NCBI GenBank assembly: GCA_937625935.1
Contig: OW569371.1
Location: 372,001 to 436,000, forward strand
Origin: Tetramitus jugosus
Taxonomy: Eukaryota; Protista; Heterolobosea
Length of the DNA: 64,000 bases
Direction: 5' to 3'
Position numbers and translations under genes: made by a program. The notes under the pieces are model-generated. The model saw only the letters and a list, made by a program, of their open reading frames with translations, searched no databases and was not told the origin of the DNA. Below, in pieces: positions 11,150 to 22,357 of the stretch. Positions within the stretch are counted from its first letter, which is position 1; every line of letters begins with the position of its first letter.

Positions 11150-12673
11150 TTAGAATTGATAGTCCTTGGCAAGGACAGCAGATGGCACCAATGATTCAAT
11201 ACCACACTCATCTTCACCACGAACAATCTTGAAGTATCCGTCAATACCCCAAGCAGTTCCCCAACTGTTCTTAACGAGCCAGTACTTAGTTCCATTCTCA
11301 ACACCCCAACCGACAACCAAAACAACGTGGTTAGTAACAACAAAGTGTGGCTCTGGAGCCATCATTTCAGTTTGTTCAACATGCTTGTAGATACCGCCAT
11401 GATAGTTCATGAAATCTCTGTGGACTTCGAATGACACAGAAATTGGTCCATACTTCAAAATGTTCTTCATCATACCTTCTTCGGTAGTGGATCCATAGTA
11501 TCCCTTCTCACCATCTTGATTGACATAGTAGTAATCTTCGACGTGGTATCTGGCATAACTTCCGAAACGGTCAACTGGGCAGGTACCGTCAGATCCATTG
11601 TAGACGGCATAGACCTCAGGTAGAATACCAAAGTCTTGAGCATACTTGGAGATCAAATATGGGAAACCACCTTCGCATCCTTGAGAGTAAGCTGAACAAG
11701 AGACAATTTCTTGAGGACTCAAAATTGTTTTGTCAGTCAACTGGGATTGAACGAGCAAACGTGCCTCGAACATGGCAGTAGCAGCAAATGCATAGCAACT
11801 TCCGCAGCTTTGTTGATTACGAACAGGAGAGACATAGTTCTTTCCGTCAACATTTCTCCAGTCAAACTGTTGAGGCAAATCTTTGCTGACGTCAACAGAG
11901 AACTTGTTCTTGTTGAACTCTCTCATCATTTTCATGTGCTTTGCTCTGGCATCACGTCTAAACTTTGGCAAAGCGATAGCACCAGACATCTTTCTCACTT
12001 GATCGACAGTAGCTCCTGACTTAATGTGACGAGCTGGACCAGCAGTCCACAATTTTTGAGCCTTGTTCACAACTTCAATCAATTCTTGATCGTGCTTGAA
12101 TGGAATGGATTTTTGAGCGGCAAACACTTGACTATTCTTCTTGTAGGTGAATTGCTTGTTCACTCTGGCGTCACCATTGGTTTGAACAGCACGGAAGCAA
12201 CCGAAACGAGGTGCCAACAGACCCTTCTTGTGATACCAACCAGTAAATGTCTTATAGCAATTGGAAACGACAGTGTCTCCATTTTGAGTATAGTTAAAGA
12301 AGGCAAAAAACTTGTAGTCACCCAACTCAACTTCAAATCCCTGATCATAAATCAATGTCCAAGTTCCTGTGCTCTCCTTATTGTTCAAATCTTGAACAAA
12401 GTTTGGATCAGTGCTGCCTGGAGCAAGAGCAAGGTCCATTGTAGTAGCGATTGGCACCTTGTCTGATGGCAATGGAGAGTCGTGTTGACACAAGCTATGG
12501 ACCACATCTTTGCCATACTTGAAATCACTGAGATAGAAGCGCCAGTCTCCCTTGATTTGAGGGTATTCACAATGAACTGGGAAATCAGCCTTTGAGAAGC
12601 TACAGAGAGCAATCAACACAGCAGTCGTCGTCAACAACAACAGCAATGCCGATGAAATTTTGGAGTAAATCAT
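11150..12673 (-). CDS. CTSC: Cathepsin C (dipeptidyl peptidase I)
   Basis: Signal peptide, exclusion domain (DFPVHC, WTLIYDQGFEV, KFFAFF), QQSCGSCYAF, GCEGGFPYL, NHVVLVVGWG, KNSWG. Confidence 0.93.
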   Translation of the reverse strand: MIYSKISSALLLLLTTTAVLIALCSFSKADFPVHCEYPQIKGDWRFYLSDFKYGKDVVHSLCQHDSPLPSDKVPIATTMDLALAPGSTDPNFVQDLNNKESTGTWTLIYDQGFEVELGDYKFFAFFNYTQNGDTVVSNCYKTFTGWYHKKGLLAPRFGCFRAVQTNGDARVNKQFTYKKNSQVFAAQKSIPFKHDQELIEVVNKAQKLWTAGPARHIKSGATVDQVRKMSGAIALPKFRRDARAKHMKMMREFNKNKFSVDVSKDLPQQFDWRNVDGKNYVSPVRNQQSCGSCYAFAATAMFEARLLVQSQLTDKTILSPQEIVSCSAYSQGCEGGFPYLISKYAQDFGILPEVYAVYNGSDGTCPVDRFGSYARYHVEDYYYVNQDGEKGYYGSTTEEGMMKNILKYGPISVSFEVHRDFMNYHGGIYKHVEQTEMMAPEPHFVVTNHVVLVVGWGVENGTKYWLVKNSWGTAWGIDGYFKIVRGEDECGIESLVPSAVLAKDYQF

Positions 12674-12784
12674 TTTTTGTTTGTTTCTGTGAACGTGTTT
12701 TTTTTTTGCACCATCATCCAAGGTGGAGGAGTTCGGTTTTTATTTCATTGTTGAAGAACTCCGCTTCTCCGGGAACTCCATGTT

Positions 12785-13639
12785 TCATTCCTTAAGAGAC
12801 GTGATAGATGATACATCATCAGTTGTTTTCGTAGTAGGATGATAGGAATACTTTTGACAAAAGTGGACAGCATTTTGATAAATGTTGACCTGACTGGGAA
12901 ACTTTGCATTCTGTTCAATGGTGCCCCAGGTGACCCAACCACACTGATTACACATGGCAAACACATCATTCTCTTCAAACACATTTTCATGCACCTTCCC
13001 ACGCACAGCATTCTTATCCTCTACAGGTGTATTCACACCATTGCACTTGCTGCATCTCGTAAACATTCGATCCTGAATGAACACAATCCTCAATGCATTT
13101 ACAATCTCTGACAATTGCTTCTTTCTTCCAATGACATTGACCCAATAATAATCATACTCGTATTCCTCACTAATCTCACTCTGCACCATGTCCAATTGAT
13201 CTTCCAAGTGCTCCAACGTATCTTCATCCCACTCCTCTTCACTATGACTGCTCTTGTACTCGTTCAGTTGTGCATTGAATTTTTGCCACTTTTTCCTTCG
13301 ATTCGTAGATCGTTGAAACTCAATTTGAATTCGATTCACAAGCTTCTTACTCCGAGTGATCACAATGCGGTCCTCCAGCCTTGCCAAGTGCAACAAATAA
13401 GCATCTGTATAGCTATCTTCATATGCGCAGTCAATTCCTAATAAACGAAGGTGTTTGGCCACTCCAGGGAGAGAAGGATCAACAATGTACTTTAAATCAT
13501 TGCCATTGATAGATTCCAATGTTTTCTTTGGAATGTGACCATCACCACAACTACTACCACTACTACTGCCATTACTGCTATTTTCATTGTCATTTTCATC
13601 ATCTACACCATTCAGCGACGATATCGTATCTGGCTCCAT
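12785..13639 (-). CDS. Mut7-C RNase domain protein (PIN-like domain plus zinc ribbon)
   Basis: YIVDPSLPGVAKHLRLLGIDC, ARLEDRIVITR, FTRCSKCNG, CNQCGWVTWG. Confidence 0.8.
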   Translation of the reverse strand: MEPDTISSLNGVDDENDNENSSNGSSSGSSCGDGHIPKKTLESINGNDLKYIVDPSLPGVAKHLRLLGIDCAYEDSYTDAYLLHLARLEDRIVITRSKKLVNRIQIEFQRSTNRRKKWQKFNAQLNEYKSSHSEEEWDEDTLEHLEDQLDMVQSEISEEYEYDYYWVNVIGRKKQLSEIVNALRIVFIQDRMFTRCSKCNGVNTPVEDKNAVRGKVHENVFEENDVFAMCNQCGWVTWGTIEQNAKFPSQVNIYQNAVHFCQKYSYHPTTKTTDDVSSITSLKE

Positions 13640-13803
13640 TTATATGCTGCTCTGTCTGTCTGCCTTGTTCTAGTTTTTGTTTCTTGAGGTCGGTGTTATT
13701 TGGAATTCGCACTTCAATGAATGCAGAGAACCGAATCCAAATATAAAACCAGGTAGAATCGAAGTGTCAAATATCAAACGATCACCCAACAAAAAAACCA
13801 AAA

Positions 13804-15543
13804 ATGAAACAAAGACAGCAACAATTGCAATCTCTGTTGCAACAGGCATACACCAAATATCCATTCTCTCTTCCAAGCAACAAGATTCCTATTCAATATG
13901 GAACAGCAGGATTCCGTACCGATGCCTCCTATCTTTCTTCCGTCATGTTTACTGTCGGAGTTTTAGCTTCCATCCGTAGTTTGTCCATGGAGGGAAAAGG
14001 TGTCGGTGTGATGATTACGGCGAGTCATAATGAAGCTCAGGACAATGGAGTGAAGCTTATTGATCCATCTGGTGAGATGATGAGTCAAGAGTGGGAACCA
14101 TTGGCCGTTCAATTGGCAAATGCAAAGAATGAGCACGAGCTATGGGATCAACTGGTATCCGTTGTCAAAAACACACTCTCCATTGATCTCGCTCGCGCAG
14201 AAGAACAAGAAGACAATAATAGAGGGTACTGTGTGATGGTTGGAAGAGATACGAGACCAAGCAGCTTGGAATTCTTTGAGGCTGTAAGGAGTGGTGCTCA
14301 TTTGTTGGGTGATGTCATGGGTTGGAGAGTCAATGTGATTGATTATGGATTGGTTACTACTCCACAACTGCACTACATGGTCCATTTCAATAATCTGAAC
14401 AAGAAAGATGAAGAAAATGTGATTCAGAAGGAACCTATTGAGACGTACTACAGGAATATCGCGAACGCATACAAGGCAATGATTAGAGAAAAACAAGATG
14501 ATTCCTCCTCTTTGAAAAGAAGAGTGTTTGTTGATTGCGCGTATGGTGTAGGGGCTGTTGGATTGAAGGGATTCGCTTCTGAACTTGAAAATGAGTTTGA
14601 ATTGGTCGCTGTCAATGATTTTAATCCAGATCAAGACGGTATTCATTTGAAGTTGAACAAGAATTGTGGAGCCGAGTATGTCCAGAAGCAAAAGAAGGCT
14701 CCATTGAACTATGATTCGAGTGTGACGAGATATATGGCTAGTGTCGACGGAGATGCTGATCGTATCGTGTATTTTTATGTAAATCAGAATGGAGAATTTT
14801 GTTTGATTGATGGGGATAAGATTGCCACCTTGCTAGCCAGATTTATTGATGAGCATTTGAGTGCTTCTGGTTTGGATCTGGAGTTGGGAGTAGTGCAAAC
14901 TGCGTATGCTAATGGTGCATCAAGACAGTACTTGAAACAAAGCGTGAAGAAGCCTGCAAATGTTTGTTGTGTTGCCACAGGAGTGAAGCATTTGCATCAT
15001 AAGGCAAAGGAGTTTGATATTGGTGTATATTTTGAGGCTAATGGACATGGAACCGTTTTATTCAGTGAAAGAGCAAAATCTCTCATCGAGCAAACTTATA
15101 GTACTGGTATTAGTGACGCAAACGGGCAGAGATCGATCAATATTCTTCGAGCAATGCTAGATATTATCAACCCTGCAATTGGTGATGCATTCAGTGATTT
15201 ATTAGTTTGCGAAGCAATTTTGTACATTTACAACTGGAGTTACGAACAATGGGATCAAACACTATACACCGATTATCCAAGCGTACAATCAAAGAAGTAC
15301 ATCAAAGATCATACATTTAGAAGTAAAATGCGCACTACACCTGACGAAACAAGACTTGAAGAACCAAAGGAAATGCAAGACGCTCTTGATGTGCTTGTAA
15401 GGAAGTCCAGTGGACGACGTACTTTTGTGCGTGCATCAGGAACGGAAGATGTTATTCGAGTATATGCGGAAGCTCCCTCTCAATCTGATGCTGAAGATCT
15501 TGCATCTTCCGTTGAAGACGTAATTTCCCAATTCTTCAAGTAA
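13804..15543 (+). CDS. PGM3: Phosphoacetylglucosamine mutase
   Basis: YGTAGFR, MITASHN, DGDADR, VQTAYANG, YFEANGHGT, FVRASGTEDVIRVYAEA. Confidence 0.95.
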   Translation: MKQRQQQLQSLLQQAYTKYPFSLPSNKIPIQYGTAGFRTDASYLSSVMFTVGVLASIRSLSMEGKGVGVMITASHNEAQDNGVKLIDPSGEMMSQEWEPLAVQLANAKNEHELWDQLVSVVKNTLSIDLARAEEQEDNNRGYCVMVGRDTRPSSLEFFEAVRSGAHLLGDVMGWRVNVIDYGLVTTPQLHYMVHFNNLNKKDEENVIQKEPIETYYRNIANAYKAMIREKQDDSSSLKRRVFVDCAYGVGAVGLKGFASELENEFELVAVNDFNPDQDGIHLKLNKNCGAEYVQKQKKAPLNYDSSVTRYMASVDGDADRIVYFYVNQNGEFCLIDGDKIATLLARFIDEHLSASGLDLELGVVQTAYANGASRQYLKQSVKKPANVCCVATGVKHLHHKAKEFDIGVYFEANGHGTVLFSERAKSLIEQTYSTGISDANGQRSINILRAMLDIINPAIGDAFSDLLVCEAILYIYNWSYEQWDQTLYTDYPSVQSKKYIKDHTFRSKMRTTPDETRLEEPKEMQDALDVLVRKSSGRRTFVRASGTEDVIRVYAEAPSQSDAEDLASSVEDVISQFFK

Positions 15544-15639
15544 AGGAAGAAGAAACCATTGACACCATTTATTTTGCAAGTCTGAATACAATTGAGATTA
15601 CTCTCGATCTAATTGTTTGTGATAAATCATTCACGACAT

Positions 15640-17307
15640 TTACAAATCTCTTGAATACAATTGACGTTGTTCTGGCTTGAGAACAAAATTTGTAGCTTCT
15701 TGATAACTATGTGCGGCCCTTAACACCAACGCTTCAGACCACAGTGGTCCAACAATCTGCAATCCAACAGGGAATGAGTTCATCTCATTGGCCACAGGTT
15801 CCTTGCGATCAATCCAACCACAAGGTACAGATGCTGCAGGTTGTTTTGTAAGATTGAATGGATAAGTGTAAGGTGTCCAAGACCACCATCTATCCTTGTC
15901 CTCCGCCTTGTTGATTGACTCTGGTGAATTGTCTTTCACATCTTTCCATTTTGTGCAATGATTCTCAGATACCTCTTGGTTGACTGGGAATGGAGGAATT
16001 GGCAAAGTTGGAGTTATGAGTAGATCATACTTTGCGTGAAAATCGTTCATTGCTCTTCCCAGTGAAGCTCTTGTGAACTCTGCTCCCATTACATCAACGG
16101 ATGTCATTTTCAAACCATTGTCCGCAACTTGTTTAAGACCAGGATCCAGGTATGACATGATCTCCTCCTTGTTGTCGTACTTTGAAAACTTCTTGTCCAT
16201 TAAGTTGGCTGCTCCACATGACCAAAGAGTCTTAAAAGCCTTGTAAGTATCAAATTGACTGATTGGAGGATCAGTATACTCCACAATTGCTCCTAAACTC
16301 TCAAACACTTTAGCAGCCTCCTTCACGCAATCTATAATCTCTGGGTCGCAATAGGGTACATATCCACCGAGGTACAAACTGACTGCGATTCTCAATCCCT
16401 TTACACCATTCTTCAGACTATCACTGTACGGATGTTCACCCAAAGATAAGGATGACTCAGGAAGAACACTGTATGGATCTTTTGGATGTGGCTTTCCGAT
16501 TGCATCCATCATCAGTGCTGCATCTTCAACAGTCAGAGTCATAGGACCTACATGGGACAGTGTACCAAATGCAGATGGAGGCGCATGAGCTACTCTAGCA
16601 AATGTTGCCTTGAGAGTTGATGTACCGGACCAACAAGCAGGTATACGCACACTTCCACCAGCATCTGTGCCGAGAGACATGGGTCCCATGCCCAAAGCTA
16701 CAGCAGTTCCTGATCCTCCACTACTACCGCCAGCAGAGAATCGATGATCAAAAGGATTTCCCGTATCACCAGTCAACGGACTTCTCGTCACACCCTCTAT
16801 TCACAATAATCAATTATTTTCACAATCATCATCGAAAAAAAAACATTACAAAGAGAGATTACAAAATCACTTACGCCAACCAAATTCCGGAGAAGTTACC
16901 TTTCCAACCAAAATGGCCCCTGCTTCCTTCAATCTCTGTACACTTGGTGAATCCTCTGTGTCAATAGGCACCTCACCATTAGGACTTCCTGTTTGAGCCA
17001 TACACCAAGCTCTACTGCCATAGTACGTTCTCCAACCAATGACCATGAGAATGTCCTTGACAGATACAGGAATACCTTCTAGTAATCGATTTGTTCCATT
17101 TTGGTACCTCTTGAGTGCTTCTTCACACTGACTCAACAAAATCTGTTCATCTTCCACAAAGTTGTAAGCTTTGACCTTGTGGTTGACTTGTTGAATGCGG
17201 AGAAGCACGTCTTGAATCACTTGACTTGGAGTGAACGTTTTGTCCTTGTACCCTTGAATGAGTTGAGAAGCTGTGAGAAAACACAAGCGATCAGAATGAG
17301 ATATCAT
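15640..17307 (-). CDS. Amidase signature family enzyme; exons 17307-16875 and 16796-15640
   Basis: GIPVSVKD, GGSSGGS, LGTDAGGSVRIPA, PVGLQIVG; 78-bp intron GTAAGT...ATAG restores the frame (EFGW/QGVT). Confidence 0.9.
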
Positions 17308-17402
17308 GTTGTTTGCGGAGGAAAGGCCTTCAAAAACTTGATCTGATTTTTGTGTTGGCCAAGAATTTTTTCTGTGCAAAAGAAAAGGCGAAAAACCTTG
17401 GA

Positions 17403-17829
17403 CAAAATTATCCAAATATCGATTTTGCAAAAATCAAAGAAAAAAAAGAATACAACAAAAGGAGCATGTATTGCGGAGGACGTCAGTATTGCTATATGAA
17501 CTCTTCTGATCTACATCATAAGTTCATCCTGATCTTCAATGTTGTCCTCAGTGCCTTCATTGTCATCCTCCATCGGATCTCCCTCTTGTTGTTCATCAAC
17601 AACTTGAGAGTTGTTGTTGCTTTCAGAGATCTCTGCCAAGGATTGAGTTGCTTGATGATTCCAGTGAGTAACAACCTGGTTGGCTGAACTGGACAACATG
17701 TTGCTGGATCCTGGTAATATTACAGCCAATCCCAATCTTGGTTGGTTGTTGTCGATGCTTTGCTGCAATGTGACACTGAAGGGTGGGTTGTTGTTGTTCA
17801 TCTGGATAACAACCTGGATGCTCCCAGGG
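17403..17829. repeat. Copy A of a roughly 420-bp direct segmental duplication (partner at 22358-22777)
   Basis: Near-identical sequence by eye from CAAAATTATCCAAA to CTCCCAGGG, then abrupt divergence. Confidence 0.9.
17511..17801 (-). CDS. 5'-truncated paralog of the small acidic protein at 22459-22812 (possibly a pseudogene)
   Basis: 96 aa nearly identical to residues 22-117 of the 22459-22812 ORF; the duplication breakpoint removes the original ATG. Confidence 0.5.
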   Translation of the reverse strand: MNNNNPPFSVTLQQSIDNNQPRLGLAVILPGSSNMLSSSANQVVTHWNHQATQSLAEISESNNNSQVVDEQQEGDPMEDDNEGTEDNIEDQDELMM

Positions 17830-17858
17830 CTCCAGTGTTAAATTAACATCGAATCAAG

Positions 17859-18326
17859 ATGCATCAAGCGACGATGATGACGAAGGGGATGAAGAGAGTG
17901 GAGGATGCAGTAGTTGAAACAACAAAAGACAGTAAGAGAAATCAGTTGACTCGTCAAAGGAGTAAAAACGATGTGAGCCAGAAGGATCAATTTCAAACCA
18001 AAAATATAGACTCTACATCAGGTGTGAGTGGGATTGTGAGGATTCACCGTCTTTTAAACCAACTCTTGTTCGTTGCAGAAGAGATCAAGTTGTTAGGAAC
18101 AATTCAGATCACTCTCTTCTTTGAATCCATGTTGCAGAAGCATTCTGGTATGATACCTAGTGAATCTTCGATAGAGCTGCTTATCTCTCAATGTCAAGAC
18201 AGTTTCACGATTCAAGAGTTTATGTACTTATTCGATTCGTTCGTTCAGGCGACCCTAGAATCTGAACTCGTATGGCCTTATCCTGCACCTCTCTATCTAG
18301 ATGTTAGTGAAATCTGGGGCCCGTAA
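17859..18326 (+). CDS. Hypothetical protein, possibly a gene fragment abutting the duplication breakpoint
   Basis: 155-aa ORF followed by AATAAA; no recognisable family. Confidence 0.35.
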   Translation: MHQATMMTKGMKRVEDAVVETTKDSKRNQLTRQRSKNDVSQKDQFQTKNIDSTSGVSGIVRIHRLLNQLLFVAEEIKLLGTIQITLFFESMLQKHSGMIPSESSIELLISQCQDSFTIQEFMYLFDSFVQATLESELVWPYPAPLYLDVSEIWGP

Positions 18327-18664
18327 AATAAATTCAACAATCCTGTTGTTTTTCTTTCATTCAACTGTCCTTGATTAGCCACTATTAGAGCTCTAGATCT
18401 AGAGTAGGACACCACACTTGCTCACAATACATACACTTGTTGTTTGTTCGGTGCCAGTATGAGTAGATGAAGCATTCTCCATCTTTCTGACAAATCATCT
18501 GACATCAGATCAGGAAGAACAACATGAACCATAGTACTGGAAGTAAGCGAATAACTCTCATTTTATTATTTACAAGAGAGTGTCTCAAACAGTATGTCCA
18601 CATACATTGCATGAGGCTTTGAATTCACTTCTACAATAAGTGCATACTCTTTTGCGGATGTCCC

Positions 18665-19048
18665 TCAACAGTCTTCCTTCGAAAAACTTTCTTTTTTCCA
18701 GGAGTTGAAATCTTCTTGCATCTTCATCAATCGGCTATGCATGAGGTTCAGCTTTTCATCTTTTTCTTTGTTGTGACGCTGAGCAAGTTCCAATGATTTC
18801 TTCAGTTCATTGAAACTTTTGTTGGCCTTCTCTAGGGTAGCACGCAATTCTTCTGCTTCAGTATTTGTTTCTGCTCTTGATTCTTTAATGAATTGGTGGA
18901 ATTCTTCAAAGCTCTGGAGCAAAGAACTAGGGGGGTATATATCGTTCTCCAGTTCATAAAAAACTGAAGGGCGGTCCTGCTGAAGGAATGCAACGGACTT
19001 GAAGTCAGTTATTGTATCTGAGATTCTACCTGTGGCCTGGAAGATCAT
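18665..19048 (-). CDS. Small hypothetical coiled-coil protein
   Basis: ATG at 19048 after an AAC-rich leader typical of genes here; C-terminal heptad region. Confidence 0.55.
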   Translation of the reverse strand: MIFQATGRISDTITDFKSVAFLQQDRPSVFYELENDIYPPSSLLQSFEEFHQFIKESRAETNTEAEELRATLEKANKSFNELKKSLELAQRHNKEKDEKLNLMHSRLMKMQEDFNSWKKESFSKEDC

Positions 19049-19140
19049 TATTTGATTATTGTTGTTTTTTTGTTCAAAGAAAGTTCTTGTGGAAGAACAG
19101 GATCTTCTCGTTTTTATAGACAGCTGTAGATAGAATCTAG

Positions 19141-19200
19141 GCGCGAGTTTTTCTCTGACGCGGGAGTTTTTCAGCTGTTCTAAACCAGCGGGAGTTTTTC
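19141..19200. promoter_or_regulatory. Three copies of GCG(C/G)GAGTTTTTC in a divergent intergenic region
   Basis: 13-mers at 19141, 19160 and 19188. Confidence 0.5.
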
Positions 19201-19258
19201 GGAGGGTGTTGAAAAAACATCCACTCAAACCAAAAACCACCCACCAATAAGCCATATC

Positions 19259-20090
19259 ATGAGTCAATCCTCCACTTCCTCGTCCTCCCCCTCCTCAGCA
19301 TCGTCACTTCCTCAGCACCATCACCACCACCACCAGATGAATCATCATCACTTCAAAAACGCATTGAAATGATTGATAGACGAGAAGCCAGTTTCGACCA
19401 TCATCATCATCATCAACTGATGAAAATCATTCAACAACAAATCATAACAAGAATAATAATAATAATGAGAAGAATCATGAAAATGTGGAGAATAGTGATG
19501 ATGATGATGATGATGATAATGATGAATACTTGGAATGGAGATCATTTCTGTTGCAACAAAAGAGAAAAACAGGATTCATGCACAAGGTTCAACTCTCTCC
19601 TCAGGAATGGTTGCATTTGATGGAGATGCGCACATTGAGACGAAAGAATGCTGCTTTGAATTCAAGTAACAATGGTGTTAGTGGTGTGATTGATGATAAT
19701 GATGATGGGATACTCATATGAACCCAATTCTGCAGAGAGAGAGATGATTTGAGTAGTGGTGGTGGTGGTGGTTCGATTAGTTCCATCTCGACAACAGCGA
19801 GTCGATCGAATTGGACCAATGCATCATCACAAAAATGGAAGAATAATCGTGGTCCTAGTGTTGATCTGCAAAATCCCACAAATCAATCAGCGATTTTCCT
19901 TCCAGAAACCAAGGCTCGAAAAAAATTTTGGTGTCGGCTGAGAGCACATCGCCGCTCGTCATGCTTGCGAAGATCATCGCCGCCTCCAGGCCAAAAAAAT
20001 AGGCAGCGACGCATCGAAAGTCCATTTTCGTCGCACGTTGAGCAGAACGCCCCAACCTTGAAAGTTCTCCCTCCTCAAATGAAAGGATGA
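19259..20090 (+). pseudogene. Frameshifted low-complexity coding remnant (or local assembly indels)
   Basis: Protein-like S/P/N/D-rich text passes through three frames (MSQSSTSS / PPPPDESSSLQKRIEMIDRRE / ...EYLEWRSFLLQQKRK...) with a TGA at 19719. Confidence 0.45.
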
Positions 20091-20272
20091 TGTGTTGTGT
20101 GGACAACCAGTCAACGGTTCCCGATTGAAGGAACCAAAGGAGAACAGCAAGAACAAAACAATATCACACACAACAACGATTCTTTCCATGCATGAAGAAT
20201 GACACCAACACAACTTCTTCTCACAAATAATTAATAATTTACACAATTTTGTTTGTTCTCCACCAGAGAACC

Positions 20273-20297
20273 AGAGAGAGAGAGAGAGAGAGAGAGA
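20273..20297. repeat. (AG)12 microsatellite
   Basis: Direct reading. Confidence 0.9.
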
Positions 20298-20504
20298 CAA
20301 GCAGAGAGACGCCACATCAACAACATCCTTAGTCATTCATACATTCATTCCATGTGGACACCAATGATCCTTGTTGTTGAGGAAGGTCCTCTGTCTCTTT
20401 CATCATCATCATCATCACCACCACTAATAGAAGCTCCACTATACACAGTCACTCCAATCATCATACTCTCCAAATCCCAAGCAACAACAAGGTTATTTTT
20501 TAAG

Positions 20505-20789
20505 TTACTCATCACATGAAGTATCCATTGGATCATCATATGGTCCTTGTTGAGGAGGTATTGGCAAGAGTGGATGTCCACCAACTGTTGCACCATTGCC
20601 ACCATTGGAATTGGCAAATGTGGAATGATGGATGGTGATGGTAGTAGTAACCTTGGTCGGAGAGTATGGATTCTGGGGATCATTGAGTACTTCTTGATGA
20701 TGGTGTACCGTCTGTTGGGAGTACGACATTTGGTTAGATCTTGACTGCAACTCTTGTTGCTGGAATAGAAATCGATTGAAGTTGTCCAT
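20505..20789 (-). CDS. Small Q/H-rich hypothetical protein
   Basis: 94-aa ATG ORF preceded by an AAAC-rich leader; ends DDPMDTSCDE. Confidence 0.45.
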   Translation of the reverse strand: MDNFNRFLFQQQELQSRSNQMSYSQQTVHHHQEVLNDPQNPYSPTKVTTTITIHHSTFANSNGGNGATVGGHPLLPIPPQQGPYDDPMDTSCDE

Positions 20790-21529
20790 GGCGATGAGGA
20801 TTCACGAGACTTTGTTTTTGGCTTGGGTATGTAGTTTGTTTGTTGTTTGTTGTTTGTTGGTGTTGTTGATCTAAAAGACTCACTCAAAAAACATTTTTTA
20901 TGGCAGTTCGTGCTTCAACTATTGGATTTTGTAATTTCATAACGCGAAAGGTGGAACTACAAATTTTGGCGCGACAACCAAATACGCGCATTTGAACACA
21001 CTTTTTTCATTCGCGGTCGCTATGGAACCAAACCAACATTGATTCATCCACCGACATGATATCTCTCATCGATCATATATGGCCTTGCTTGGATGGAATG
21101 AACATTTCATGTGATTCATCCAACAGTGATCGTTTGTCACAAAGGAGGGAAATTTTTTTGGCCTCCTCTTGGCAGTGGAAATGTTTTTGCTCGATCGAGA
21201 AACTACAATCGTTCATGTGGAGTCGAGAATGATTTTTTTTCTGTGTGTCTAGGCACCTATCATCATCATCAGCCGCTCAACGGATCTAGTTGACATGAGA
21301 GACGCACAACAACCAACTGCAATTCATTATGACCAAACCCATGGCACAAAAGCAGAACAAAAAATAAAGCATTGCTATTCATTTTTCTATCGAATCTTGC
21401 TTGGATCAACAAAATTTCGTTAACATACCACTACATCACAACGTTCTTCTTTATTCTATAATACAGTAGTCGTGCCTTCATCAATCATCATTCATTGGAT
21501 CACCCACTATTGCCAAGAAGTCTTCTGAT

Positions 21530-22066
21530 CTACATCATAAGTTCATCCTGATCTTCCATGTTGTCCTCAGTGCCGTCAATGTCATCCTCCATCGGATCTC
21601 CCTCATCAACAATTTGAGAGTTGTTGCGCCCAGAGATCTCTGCCAAGGATTGAGTTGCTTGATGGTTCCAGTGAGTAACAACCTGGTTGGCTGGAGCATT
21701 ACCAACAACAACAACAACAATCGGGCCCTCCTTCGTGCCATGTCCCTGGTGCACACTTTCCATTAATTCATCATCATCTTCAACATCGTACTCACATCCA
21801 TGAGGTTCATCCTTAAGAGAGGGCTCCGGAATCTTAGCCTTACTTGATTCTTTCTGTTGCTGGTCAGACTGGGAGCTATTGTCGGCACCAGCAGTCAACT
21901 CTGTTGGATGAGGATATTGATCTTGGTCACCATCATTGGATTGAGTTGCCTGAGTGATGGTAGTTGTTCTTGTGGAAGGTGCTCCTGTTTGGATGGTGAG
22001 TGTCACAGTTATAGTAGAGGATGGATTGGCTTCCTCATGATGTCCTACGGGCTTCTTATCTGACAT
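21530..22066 (-). CDS. Small acidic disordered protein sharing a C-terminal module of about 55 aa with 22459-22812 and 17511-17801
   Basis: Ends ANQVVTHWNHQATQSLAEIS...GDPMEDD...EDQDELMM; nucleotide similarity limited to 21521-21693. Confidence 0.6.
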   Translation of the reverse strand: MSDKKPVGHHEEANPSSTITVTLTIQTGAPSTRTTTITQATQSNDGDQDQYPHPTELTAGADNSSQSDQQQKESSKAKIPEPSLKDEPHGCEYDVEDDDELMESVHQGHGTKEGPIVVVVVGNAPANQVVTHWNHQATQSLAEISGRNNSQIVDEGDPMEDDIDGTEDNMEDQDELMM

Positions 22067-22357
22067 TTAACACTTTGGCTTGATTTGGTTGTATTTGGTT
22101 AGCAGTTGTATTTGGTTGTTATGTTGTTGGAATTGGATGTCACATTTCGACAAGGTAATTTTTGGCTTAAAAGGCATTTCGGAAACATTTTTGTGTTTTC
22201 TTTTTTGTTTTTTCGCCGGAGCAGAATTGCCGAGAGGCAGACAAGACGGCAGCCCATGAGCCTGTCGGCTTGCTGCAGGTCAGTCCAGAATTTTTCAAGC
22301 TGACAGACAGAAGAGCTGCGCAAGGATAGGGCAGACCGAAGGTCACAACAAACATTC

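Noticed and set aside
18391-18404. 14-bp palindrome CTCTAGATCTAGAG
   Set aside because: Isolated, with no associated element ends; compatible with chance
19719-19721. TGA reassignment or readthrough (also AAA-TGA-ATC near 28410)
   Set aside because: Conserved genes use TGG for Trp and have no internal TGA; both cases are explained by frameshift decay or splice-site choice
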